DNA from: Candidatus Paraimprobicoccus trichonymphae
GTDB taxonomy: Bacteria > Bacillota > Clostridia > Oscillospirales > Acutalibacteraceae
Length of the DNA stretch: 64,000 bases
Direction: 5' to 3'
Assembly: GCA_036322875.1 (NCBI GenBank)
Contig: AP027925.1
Span: 693,203 to 757,202, forward strand
The notes beneath the pieces were generated by a model, which searched no databases, was not told the DNA's origin, and saw only the letters and a program-made list of their open reading frames with translations. The stretch's first letter is position 1. Every line of letters begins with the position of its first letter. This document shows positions 31,177 to 40,622 of the stretch, in pieces. The translations under genes and the position numbers were made by a program.

Positions 31177-32463
31177 TTACACGACATTTTCCGAAACTTC
31201 ATATTCATATGGGATTTTTTTAATATCTGCACCTAATTCTCTGAATTTTTCTACTATGTTTTCATAACCACGTTCTATATAAGAAATTTCTTCTATAATT
31301 GTGGTTCCAAAAGCTGAGAGACCAGCTATGATTAAAGCGGCACCAGCTCTTAAATCTGTAGCCTGAACTGTCGCACCGTTTAAACTTTTAACGCCTTCAA
31401 CTATAGCCATTTTACTATCTACTGATATCTGAGCACCCATCCTTCTTAATTCTTCCACATATCTAAATCTGTTATTCCATATAGACTCATTAATTATACT
31501 AGTTCCGTTTGCAATAGCTAATAACGTAGTGATTTGTGGCTGCATATCAGTTGGAAAACCAGGATAAGGTAAAGTCTTGATGTTACATTTATTTAAACAA
31601 GTTTTTTCATTAGAAACTTGTATACTTTCATCGTAAACTTTTACTGAAACTCCTATTTCTTCCAGTTTTGCAATAGTAGAATCTAAATGTTTTGGTATAA
31701 CATTTTTTATGATTATATTTCCATTAGTTACTGCAGCTGCCGTCATATAAGTACCTGCTTCAATTTGGTCTGGAATTATAGAATAATCTGTACTTTTTAG
31801 TTCTCTTACTCCTCGTATTTTTATAACATCTGTACCAGCACCACAAATATCTGCTCCCATGCAATTTAAAAAATTCGCTAAATCCACAACATGTGGTTCT
31901 TTTGCAGTATTCTCTATAACTGTAGTTCCATGAGCTTTTGCAGCAGCGAGCATTATATTTATAGTAGCTCCTACTGAAACTATATCTAAGTATATATTAT
32001 TACCTATTAATTTATCGCAAGTTATACTTACAACTCCAGATTTTAATTCATATTTTGCACCTAAAGCTAAAAAACCTTTTAAATGTTGATCTATAGGTCT
32101 AACGCCTAAAGCACACCCTCCAGGCATTAAAACAGTAGCTTTTGAAAATTTTCCTAGTAAAGCCCCCAATAAATAATAAGAACCTCGCATTTTTCTTATC
32201 AAGTCCGAAGAAGCAATATGTGACAAAACGTTCCTAGTGTCTATCTCTAAAGTATTTTTATTTAGCACTTTAACGACAGCACCTAATTCTGCCATTATAT
32301 TACATATAAGAGTAATATCACTTATATTAGGTATATTTCCAATTGTACAAATTCCATTAGATAAAATAGTAGCAGGAATTATAGCTACAGCCGCATTTTT
32401 TGCACCACTTATCGAAACCTTTCCATTTAATTTTTTACCTCCATTAATTACTATTTTTTCCAT
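31177..32463 (-). CDS. murA: UDP-N-acetylglucosamine 1-carboxyvinyltransferase
   Basis: Full-length MurA pattern including the active-site loop MPGGCALGVRPID. Confidence 0.95.
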   Translation of the reverse strand: MEKIVINGGKKLNGKVSISGAKNAAVAIIPATILSNGICTIGNIPNISDITLICNIMAELGAVVKVLNKNTLEIDTRNVLSHIASSDLIRKMRGSYYLLGALLGKFSKATVLMPGGCALGVRPIDQHLKGFLALGAKYELKSGVVSITCDKLIGNNIYLDIVSVGATINIMLAAAKAHGTTVIENTAKEPHVVDLANFLNCMGADICGAGTDVIKIRGVRELKSTDYSIIPDQIEAGTYMTAAAVTNGNIIIKNVIPKHLDSTIAKLEEIGVSVKVYDESIQVSNEKTCLNKCNIKTLPYPGFPTDMQPQITTLLAIANGTSIINESIWNNRFRYVEELRRMGAQISVDSKMAIVEGVKSLNGATVQATDLRAGAALIIAGLSAFGTTIIEEISYIERGYENIVEKFRELGADIKKIPYEYEVSENVV

Positions 32464-32537
32464 TTAAATGCACCTCCTAAATTTTTATAAATGTTCCATA
32501 CTTTTATTTTTATCGTAATAACGTAAAACTATTCAAA

Positions 32538-33398
32538 CTAAATTTTCAAATTATTTTCAAGAAATACAAAATCATCGAAACTCAAGTTTTCAGCTCTTAT
32601 TAATAAATTTATATTATTTTTTAAAAAAATATTTTCCAAAAATTTTTTTGATAACCTAAATTCAGAACTTAAATTATTTATTAATTTTTTTCTTTTTTTT
32701 CTAAATCCAGCTCTTACTATTCTAAAAAAATTATCTTTGTTATTTATTTTAAAAAATTTATTTTTATTGATTATAATTTTCACAACACTTGAATTTACTT
32801 TAGGTTCAGGAAAGAATTTAGTTTTATTAATATTAAATAAAATCTCAGCTTCAGAGTAATATCTAATAGAAACGCTTATACTACCACATTTTTTGTCACC
32901 TGGTATAGCACAAATTCTCTCAGCAGATTCCTTTTGTAACATAAAAATCATGCTATGTATATTTATATTTTCCTCTAAAATTTTCATTATTATCTTCGAA
33001 GTGATATAATAGGGTAAATTCGCGCACATCATTACTTTATCAAATTTATCAAACTCACTCAACAACAAAAAACCCAAGTCCAAATCGAAAACATCTGAAT
33101 TTATTATTTTTATATTTGAAAAACCTTTTAAAGTTTCATTAAGTATGCAGATTAGTCTATCGTCTTTTTCTATAGTAATAATTTTATCTGATATTTTTGC
33201 TAACTCTTTAGTTAAAGTCCCAATTCCAGAGCCAATTTCTATTATTCCGATTTTTTCATTGCTTATTGAACATTCTTGCGCCATTTTTTTGCAAGTCTCC
33301 GAATCGATAATAAAATTTTGTCCTAAATTTTTATTAATTTTAAACCTATATTTTTTTAATATTTTTTTTATCGTGTCAATATTATATAAATTACACAC
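32538..33398 (-). CDS. rsmA: 16S rRNA (adenine1518/1519-N6)-dimethyltransferase
   Basis: KNLGQNFIID, IIEIGSGIGTLT (SAM motif), NLPYYITS. Confidence 0.9.
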   Translation of the reverse strand: MCNLYNIDTIKKILKKYRFKINKNLGQNFIIDSETCKKMAQECSISNEKIGIIEIGSGIGTLTKELAKISDKIITIEKDDRLICILNETLKGFSNIKIINSDVFDLDLGFLLLSEFDKFDKVMMCANLPYYITSKIIMKILEENINIHSMIFMLQKESAERICAIPGDKKCGSISVSIRYYSEAEILFNINKTKFFPEPKVNSSVVKIIINKNKFFKINNKDNFFRIVRAGFRKKRKKLINNLSSEFRLSKKFLENIFLKNNINLLIRAENLSFDDFVFLENNLKI

Positions 33399-33479
33399 AG
33401 TATTATTCTATCACAAAATTTCATTTTTTAACTTTCAAAAATTTCATTTCAAAGACGTCAATTACCCTATGCCAGGCTT

Positions 33480-33730
33480 GTAACAACCCAGCGGTTCGAA
33501 CGATTTATATCTCCCACTTTTAGCTTGCGCAGTGGTGTTATATCATAGACAGATTGACATGCTGCCTTACAAAACAAGTTTACTTATTTTGTACTTCAAC
33601 TATGTACTCATTTCCAATGCGTTGAAGATTCATTGCACCAATACGGTTATCGTCAGATGTGTATCCGCAAGATTTACACTTGAAAAAATGGTGTTTCTTT
33701 CCCTGTTAGCTCTTTCTATAATGACCACTT
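33480..33730 (-). pseudogene. TnpB (IS605 orfB) C-terminal remnant of a second sub-type
   Basis: Minus strand FKCKSCGYTSDDNRIGAMNLQRIG (zinc finger + RuvC-III-like region), then a short GC-richer tail ...AAGTGGGAGATATAAATCGTTCGAACCGCTGGGTTGTTACAAGCCTGG. Confidence 0.55.
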
Positions 33731-33880
33731 ATATTATAAAATTTTAGAAAAAATTGTCAAACAGTTTAAAAATTTTAAGAAAAGGCTCAGGTGAAATCAA
33801 AATTTTAAGCTCCAAATAGCAAAAACTATGCCTTGAGAAATTTATTGTTATATATATCTTAAATTAACAATTTCAAAACT

Positions 33881-34963
33881 TTAAATATAATTTTTATAAC
33901 ATAGCAGTTCAGCTAGCAATATAGCTCCTCCAGCTGCACCCCTAACAGTATTATGTGACATCGAAACAAATTTAATATCAAATTGAGTATCTTTTCTTAA
34001 TCTTCCTATCGAAATACCCATTCCATTTTCTAAATCTCTTTCATATTTAATTTGTGGTCTATCAGGTTCTGAAAAATATCTTAGAAATTTTTTAGGTGCA
34101 CTTGGTAATTTTAAGTTTCGAATATGTGCATTATAATTATTCCATTTAGATATTATTTCTTCTAAATTATCTACTTTTTTTTCAAAAGATACGAAAACAG
34201 CAGCAGCGTGTCCATCAGTTATTGGTATTCTAAAACATTGTGAAGTTATATTTATTTTATTATTTAATATAATTTTATTATCTTTGATCTTACCCCAAAT
34301 TTTAAGTGGTTCTATTTCAGATTTTTCTTCTTCACCACTTATATATGGAATTAAATTATCTCGCATCTCTGACCAGTTTTCAAAAGTTTTGCCAGCGCCT
34401 GAAATTGCTTGGTAAGTGCACACTAAAATATTTTTTATGTTTAAATCTAAAAGAGAATGTATAGCCGGCACATAACATTGTATAGAACAATTTGATTTTA
34501 CTGCTATAAAACCTTTTTTTGTGTTTAATCTTTTTTTTTGAATTTCTATAATTTCAAGATGCTCAGGATTAATTTCTGGTATTACCATAGGAATATCAAA
34601 TTCTAGTCTATTTGCACTGTTATTCGAAATTACAGGACATTCTAATTTGGCATAAGATTCTTCTAATTCTTTAGTTTCAAGTTTATTTATATTTATAGCA
34701 CAAAATACAAAATCTACTTCTGAAGCTATTTTTTTTTTATCTCTTATTAAATCTAAAATTTCAAATTTTTTTAATTTTTCGAATACAGAAATATTTAAAA
34801 TATTAGTTTTATAACTGAGAACTTCTTCTAAAGTTTTATTAGCTGATCTGTAACTTGCAGCTAAAATTTTTATTTCAAACCAAGGATGGTTTTCAAGTAA
34901 ATTCATAAATTTTTGGCCTACCATACCAGTAGCTCCTAAAATTCCTACTTTAAATTTTCGCAT
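33881..34963 (-). CDS. asd: Aspartate-semialdehyde dehydrogenase
   Basis: MRKFKVGILGATGMVGQKF, SNCSIQC active-site Cys region, SHNTVRGAAGGAIL. The ORF track starts 15 codons upstream (35008); the conserved N-terminus begins at the ATG at 34963. Confidence 0.9.
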   Translation of the reverse strand: MRKFKVGILGATGMVGQKFMNLLENHPWFEIKILAASYRSANKTLEEVLSYKTNILNISVFEKLKKFEILDLIRDKKKIASEVDFVFCAININKLETKELEESYAKLECPVISNNSANRLEFDIPMVIPEINPEHLEIIEIQKKRLNTKKGFIAVKSNCSIQCYVPAIHSLLDLNIKNILVCTYQAISGAGKTFENWSEMRDNLIPYISGEEEKSEIEPLKIWGKIKDNKIILNNKINITSQCFRIPITDGHAAAVFVSFEKKVDNLEEIISKWNNYNAHIRNLKLPSAPKKFLRYFSEPDRPQIKYERDLENGMGISIGRLRKDTQFDIKFVSMSHNTVRGAAGGAILLAELLCYKNYI

Positions 34964-35221
34964 ATTAAATAAAAATACCTCATAATTATCATTTATACAA
35001 TATAACATTCATTTTTTTGATTTTTGTGAATATAAAACCTAATTTTTCATTATAAAATAAAATTGTTCAAACTGTCAATTTTTAAAATATTCCAGGGAAT
35101 CCTCCCATAAGCTAAAGCTTGTGGGCTTCCGATATGTATTATCAAGTTTTAAAAATGATATATAATCCATTTAGTGAATGTGAATTGGAGTTCATCTCTA
35201 TCCATACGAGCAAAACTCAGC

Positions 35222-35447
35222 ATTTGCCCCTCTGCTTTGCGCAGATTTTTGGTTTAACGTTCGTCGCAGGCCAACCGACACCATTTCATTTCAAGTGTAA
35301 ATTCCCGTTGAGTCCCCACAGTGTCTTTTTTCCATGCTTTAAGTTTCAACTTGGTTTTCGTTGAAGCACTCTTGAGATTTTAACATACCATTATTTTTTG
35401 TCAATATTTTTGCAATTCATTCGCTAAAATAAATATTTAACGGTTTT
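35222..35447 (-). mobile_element. IS605-derived mini-element, copy E (reads toward asd)
   Basis: Reverse complement: AAAACCGTTAAATATTTATTTTAGCG, TTGACA-N16-TGtTAAAAT, CTTCAACGAAAACCAAGTTGAAAC, ...CTTGAAATGAAATGGTGTCGGTTGGCCTGCGACG...GCAGAGGGGCAAAT. Confidence 0.7.
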
Positions 35448-36033
35448 ATATAACAATATTAAACTGCGCGTGTTAAGCTTAATTACGTAAACGAGGAGCG
35501 GTATGGTTTCTGTATCATAAAGAAGAACTTTAGCAGCAACCCCTTACCATCGCTGGTTCAGATTTTAAAATTTTTCTTATAAAATATCTTGCACCGATAT
35601 TATATGTTGCATTTAAACCACGGTTGTACATTTTTGGGATAGAAAAAACACAAATTGAGTAGTTATACTTTTTTTCCCTTTTATACTGTATAAATTCCAC
35701 GTTCTATCTTGCAGGTACCATCGAAAGCTAATTTTGACGTACTCCATACACAAACTCTGCTGATTTTAATGCCGTTTTTTAGTGCATTATGCTCAACAAT
35801 TTTTTTACACTATAAATTAGGCTTTTGATTTTTGCTGCCTTTTTTCTTTCATGTAAATTCCAAATGCTCGAATACAATTGTGTAAACGTTATACAATAAC
35901 AAACTCTACAATTTCTTTTGTTGTTTTACGAACGATATCGGTATTGATATCATTAACATGTTGACAAAAAAAGAATAGGTGTTTTGCGAGCATCGCCTTT
36001 TTAACCCTATTTATCGATTTATACAAACCCATG

Positions 36034-36277
36034 AGAAAACCGTTAAATATTTATTTTAGCAGATGAATCATAAAAATATTGACAAAAAATAAGGGTATGC
36101 TAAAATTATGCAAAGATGTTGTTTTAAAGAAAACCAAGTTGAAGCCCAAGCATTAAAAATAAAATACCATGGGGTCACGGGAATTTGCACTTGAAATGAA
36201 ACTTACTTAAGATGAGTAATCGCCGGGACGTAAATCCAAGAATCTGTTTGGTCTTTAGCCAAGCAGAGTGTCAAAGT
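36034..36277 (+). mobile_element. IS605-derived mini-element, copy C
   Basis: GAAAACCGTTAAATATTTATTTTAGC, TTGACA (36079-36084)-N16-TGcTAAAAT (36098-36106), ...CATGGGGTCACGGGAATTTGCACTTGAAATGAAAC...GCCAAGCAGAGTGTCAAAGT. Confidence 0.7.
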
Positions 36278-36339
36278 AGGATATTTTTTTATGCAAATAT
36301 CGAAAAAATTGTTTAGCTGATAAAATATTTCGGATGATA

Positions 36340-36940
36340 TTAATCAATTTTCACTTGAAATTTGCAAGAGACATAGTATTACATGGAAACCGATAAAGAC
36401 CACATATAATACATTACATGACAAAAACTAATCTCACCATTGCGTTATTAAATCTTGCTAAAATGATGAAAAGCTTTACAACTTATCATATATGGCGTAA
36501 TCATGCAGATTTTTTAAGAAATCATTTTTGGAGAGAACAGACTTTTTGGATTGATGGTTATTTTATATGTTTCATTTGGAATATTATTTAAGCTACCCTA
36601 AAAAACTATATTGAAAATCAAGGACAATCAATCACTGTTGCCGCAATCTCGCCAGTTAAGCTAATATGATTACGACGACATTTTTTCAAAGTTATATTTA
36701 AATATTCAAGTAAAAAAATTACTGGGCTTTTTTTATTTTTCTAATTGATATATTAACTTGACAAATCGCATGCCAATTTTAGCCAACAAATTACCATTTA
36801 CACGTTTAAAACTTTAGTTAGCGGGAAATAAACGTCCAATTTTTTTGTAAATTTCATTTGTTATTTTCATTTTTCAGTATATCAAATTTTATTTCACGCA
36901 AAAAAGCTCTACTATCAATAATAATATAATAAAAAAATTT
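36340..36940. pseudogene. IS200/IS605 debris (tnpA 3' remnant on +, tnpB-like fragment on -)
   Basis: Plus-strand LLNLAKMMKSFTTYHIWRNHADFLRNHFWREQTFWIDGYF..YIENQG (Y1 transposase C-terminal half with stops). Short TnpB N-terminal-like frame on the minus strand near 36800. Confidence 0.45.
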
Positions 36941-36946
36941 TTAAGT

Positions 36947-37591
36947 TCAGAATGCTCTAAGTGCGTTCATAGCCGCAACTCCAGCATATGTTGAAACGTT
37001 TTCTAACATATTCTCAGATTTTATGTCCATCACGGTTGTTGGTGAAAGTTTGGTTCCAGTATCTTCTACTATATCGATAGCTACGCTTGCTTTTAAAGGT
37101 TTTCCCCACCTAGAAAAGCAGGCAAAATCAACATTAGCGGCTGCCATTATACCTAAAAATCCGCCAATATCCTCATCTCTGTCTGAACCCCAGTCTTCTC
37201 CCCCCCAAGAAAAAACAACATAACCACCAGCATGTTTTACTAATTTTGGCAGTGAAGTAACGTCTTCTTCCAAAAGAGAAATTCCGTTAAGACCGATCGT
37301 GTCATTCAACGTACGAAGATTGTATTCGTCAAATATATCGTACATTAGAGTGAAATTTATTTTTCGACAATTGTCCTCTTTGTCTGTTCCTCCTCGTTTC
37401 AGCTTAATTCTATTTTCTGTCATTGGCAGGATATTTGTTTTACTCTTAACAGCAAACGAAAATGTACTTGGATTAAATTGTACAGGCAATTTATCTTTTT
37501 TACTAAGATCATTGTTTAAAGTATAAATAAATGCTTTAGAAACAACACTAAAATCATTTAAGGCATATGTTCTATATGACAAAATAATCAC
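36947..37591 (-). CDS. Contractile injection system tube-initiator-like protein (Afp7/Pvc7 N-terminal-domain family)
   Basis: KAFIYTLNN....LPVQFNPSTFSF, INFTLMYD, VVFSWG, FLGIM..ANVDFACFSRWGKPLKASVAIDIVE follow the conserved CIS tube-domain pattern. Likely TTG start at 37582 after GGGGTG. Confidence 0.65.
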   Translation of the reverse strand: MIILSYRTYALNDFSVVSKAFIYTLNNDLSKKDKLPVQFNPSTFSFAVKSKTNILPMTENRIKLKRGGTDKEDNCRKINFTLMYDIFDEYNLRTLNDTIGLNGISLLEEDVTSLPKLVKHAGGYVVFSWGGEDWGSDRDEDIGGFLGIMAAANVDFACFSRWGKPLKASVAIDIVEDTGTKLSPTTVMDIKSENMLENVSTYAGVAAMNALRAF

Positions 37592-37744
37592 CCCTTATTT
37601 TTATTTATTCTCTAAAATTATAATTTTTATAAATTAAATTTATATTTTACTTTTTTCATAAAAAAATTTAAAATTTTGATTATTTATTAACAAAAAAGTT
37701 TTAAATAAATAATCATTGATAAATATATTAATATAATAATAAAA

Positions 37745-38480
37745 TAATTGGTGTTTTAATTAGCTAAAAACCAAACAGATTTTTATTTTTGTGTTTTTCG
37801 CGATTTTCCGTAAACTCTATTTAATTTCAGGCGTAAATTTCCATGAACCTCACAGTACTAATATTTACTTGAAATGCCAAAATTCTTAATTTTCATCTAA
37901 AATATTTTTTACAGCATTAACATTTATATCATGTTTGATACCATATTTTAGGCAAATTCAATTGAGAATTTTTAAATCTTTAATTTTAGAATTCTTAAAG
38001 CCGTGATTGCTGCATTAATTGACTTAGAAAATTTGTGATTTTTTGCCATATTCTTAATTTGTAAATTTTCTGTAACAAACGTTGAAATTTAATTATTTTT
38101 TTACCTGTTTTTTTGCTATCTTATTCGATTTTAGTAAAAAATTTTGTGGCTTAAAGAATACCCTGTATCAACCTGTCGACCGAATCAATAGTGGATTATG
38201 TACAAAATCAAGGAAACTAAAATGGAAAAGGCATTTAAATTTAAAATTTATCCGAATAAAAAACAAATTGAGATAATGCAAAAAACGTTTGGATGTTGCC
38301 AGTTTTTTATGGAACTATTTTTGCCAAACAAATCGGTCAATAAAAACTTGACAAATTAGCGATGAATTACAATACATACTCAAGCGTTATGACAAAATTA
38401 AAAAAAAAAGATTTGGCTTAGAGAAGTATATTTTACTTTTAGACAGTCAATGTTAAAAGATTTAGACTATATTTATAAAA
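37745..38480. pseudogene. Two opposed IS200/IS605 remnants (tnpB 3' half + right end on -, tnpA end + tnpB 5' end on +)
   Basis: Minus strand ENLQIKNMAKNHKFSKSINAA... then GGTTCATGGAAATTTACGCCTGAAAT. Plus strand YVQNQGN* followed by MEKAFKFKIYPNKKQIEIMQKTFGCC. Confidence 0.6.
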
Positions 38481-39222
38481 TTACACTGTTCATTTGTATC
38501 TTGATTTTTTCACTTATAAGTGAAATAAATTCTGAATTGGTAGGTTTACCACGAACTTCAAGTACAGTATACCCAAAATACATATTTAAAATTTCAGCGC
38601 TTCCTCTATTCCAAGCAATTTCTATTGCATTTCTTATGTTTCTTTCAACCCTTAAAGCTGTTGTAAAAAATGTTTCTGCTACCACTGGGTATAATTTTTT
38701 AGTTATTGTGTATATATATTCATGGTTACAAATACATAAATTCAAGGCTTTTCTCAAATAGATGTAACCTTTTATATTTGCAGGTATTCCAATTTTATGT
38801 AAAATATTTATTATTTTCGTTTCTAATTCATAATTCTGAATATTGCAATTTTCATAATAAATTTTTTTAAGTATATTTATTAATTCAAGACAATTAAATG
38901 GTTTTGAAATACAATTGTCAATTTTATACTGTAATATTTTTTTTTCAAATATATTTTTTAGAAAATGTTTTACCAATAAAATTTTTAATTTTTCAGCACA
39001 TTTTAGACTCCTAACATTTCTTAGTATTTTGTTAATGTTTTTTTCGTTAAAATCAAATAAATTCAAAATGATTACATCAAAACGGTTAGCTTCAATAATT
39101 TTAACTATTTCATTATAATTGAAAAACGGTAACATGTACATATCTATACCATTTAAATCTAAAATTTTTCTTTCATAGTTATCAAAATTACTATTATCTT
39201 CTATATTAAGAACCCGTAACAT
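38473..39222 (-). CDS. spo0A: Spo0A-family regulator with atypical (Asn-substituted) receiver domain
   Basis: C-terminal Spo0A_C signature GIPANIKGYIYLRKAL...LYPVVAETFFTTALRVERNIRNAIEIAWNRG...FGYT...GKPTNSEFISLI. N-terminal receiver fold with IEDN...FDVIILNLF...ISKPF. ATG 39222 aligns with the canonical N-terminus (the ORF track starts at TTG 39246). Confidence 0.85.
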   Translation of the reverse strand: MLRVLNIEDNSNFDNYERKILDLNGIDMYMLPFFNYNEIVKIIEANRFDVIILNLFDFNEKNINKILRNVRSLKCAEKLKILLVKHFLKNIFEKKILQYKIDNCISKPFNCLELINILKKIYYENCNIQNYELETKIINILHKIGIPANIKGYIYLRKALNLCICNHEYIYTITKKLYPVVAETFFTTALRVERNIRNAIEIAWNRGSAEILNMYFGYTVLEVRGKPTNSEFISLISEKIKIQMNSVIL

Positions 39223-39594
39223 TTTAGGTTTAAATCTAGCCTCCAAAAAATTTTTACATTTTTGAAAGATTTTAACACGTAGAATAAAAAAAACAACACA
39301 ATAGATATAGAAAAATACGCCATTTATCTATGTAAATTACATAATTAAACATTATATGTAAATTTATTTAAAAATTTTATATACAATATGTACGTCTACT
39401 AAAATGAATTGATTATTTCTAAAAAAACGAAAAACAACACAAATATTTAAGCGAAATTTAATATATTAATGATATTTTTATTATTTTCATTGCTTTAGAT
39501 TTTGTATAAGATTTCGTAAATTTTGGAAAAATGCTTAAATTTCCCCTTAAAAATTTTCTCCATAACATCGAGTTATTTTTATAGAAAAAAGGCG

Positions 39595-39642
39595 AAAAAA
39601 CCGCTAAACTTTAGTTTAGTCGGATGAATAACCTCATCTAAA
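39595..39642 (+). mobile_element. Isolated IS605-type left-end hairpin fragment
   Basis: AAAAAACCGCTAAACTTTAGTTTAGTCGG abutting the truncated end of IS630 copy 2. Confidence 0.4.
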
Positions 39643-40472
39643 AATTAAGTAATTTTTAGAATTAAAACGCAACCAATCTTTTAAATTTGCCCATAATTTT
39701 TCAATTTTATTTTTGTCCGGAGAATATGGCGGAAGCCAAACGACGTGGCATTTATAATAAGCATGCAATTTTTTCGAGTTCCGATTTTTTGTAAAAACTA
39801 ACGTTGTCCATCACAATTATGCTGTTTTGACGTAAAACTGGGCAGAGTTCATAGTTAAACCAAATTTGAAAAAATGCCGCAGTCATCGACCATTTGTACA
39901 TTCTGACTGCAATCTATTTTTCGTTAATTTGATCCGCAACGATATTTATCCGCTTAAATTTTCGTCCGGGCTCAGGAATAAAAACTCTTTTTCCACCGTA
40001 ATGTTTTGCCATAAACTTATTAACATCGCATTCGTCAATATAGGCAATGTCGGCACATTGGTTTAGACATTTTTTCATCGAATTCTTGATGTTTTATTTT
40101 GTCCCTTTCGATGTAAAAATACTCTTTTTTTGAAGTGATTCCTATTCGTTTCAAAGCATTGAATACACCGGATGTCGAACCACCAAATTTTTCTGCTATT
40201 TCTGAAAGCATTGCGCCGGGATGTCCTTCGATGTAAGATTCAAGCTCTTCGGTGAAAAATTTTGTCGCACTTCTCCTTTTTAACCGCTTTTCTAAATTTC
40301 CTGTTTCGTTTAAAAGTTTTTTCCACGCTTTTTTGAACTTACGCTTACACCCATACACCTAGTTACTTACGTGCTTCTTCATAAGTGTGAGATATTTTAA
40401 GACCAATTCTCGCGCGTCCTTTGAATATGACAGTTTGATTATATCACAGATTCTTTTAAATCGGAATAGCTA
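39643..40472 (-). pseudogene. IS630-family element, copy 2 (inverted relative to copy 1, one end truncated)
   Basis: Near-identical to copy 1 (mirror ORFs 26305..26505 and 39866..40066 differ at 2 of 66 residues). Terminal TTTTAAATCGGAATAGCTA at 40454-40472. The other end is lost at about 39643. Confidence 0.8.
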
Positions 40473-40622
40473 TAACTCTCTTTTTTTTATATTTTATTTG
40501 CTGTTCTTAAATTTTTCAAATCAAAAAATATATATTACAATCTAAATAATATAAAATAAATCAGTAGCTAAAAAACATATTTTTAAAAAAAAGTTTAATA
40601 AAGATAGGACTAGATTTATTTA

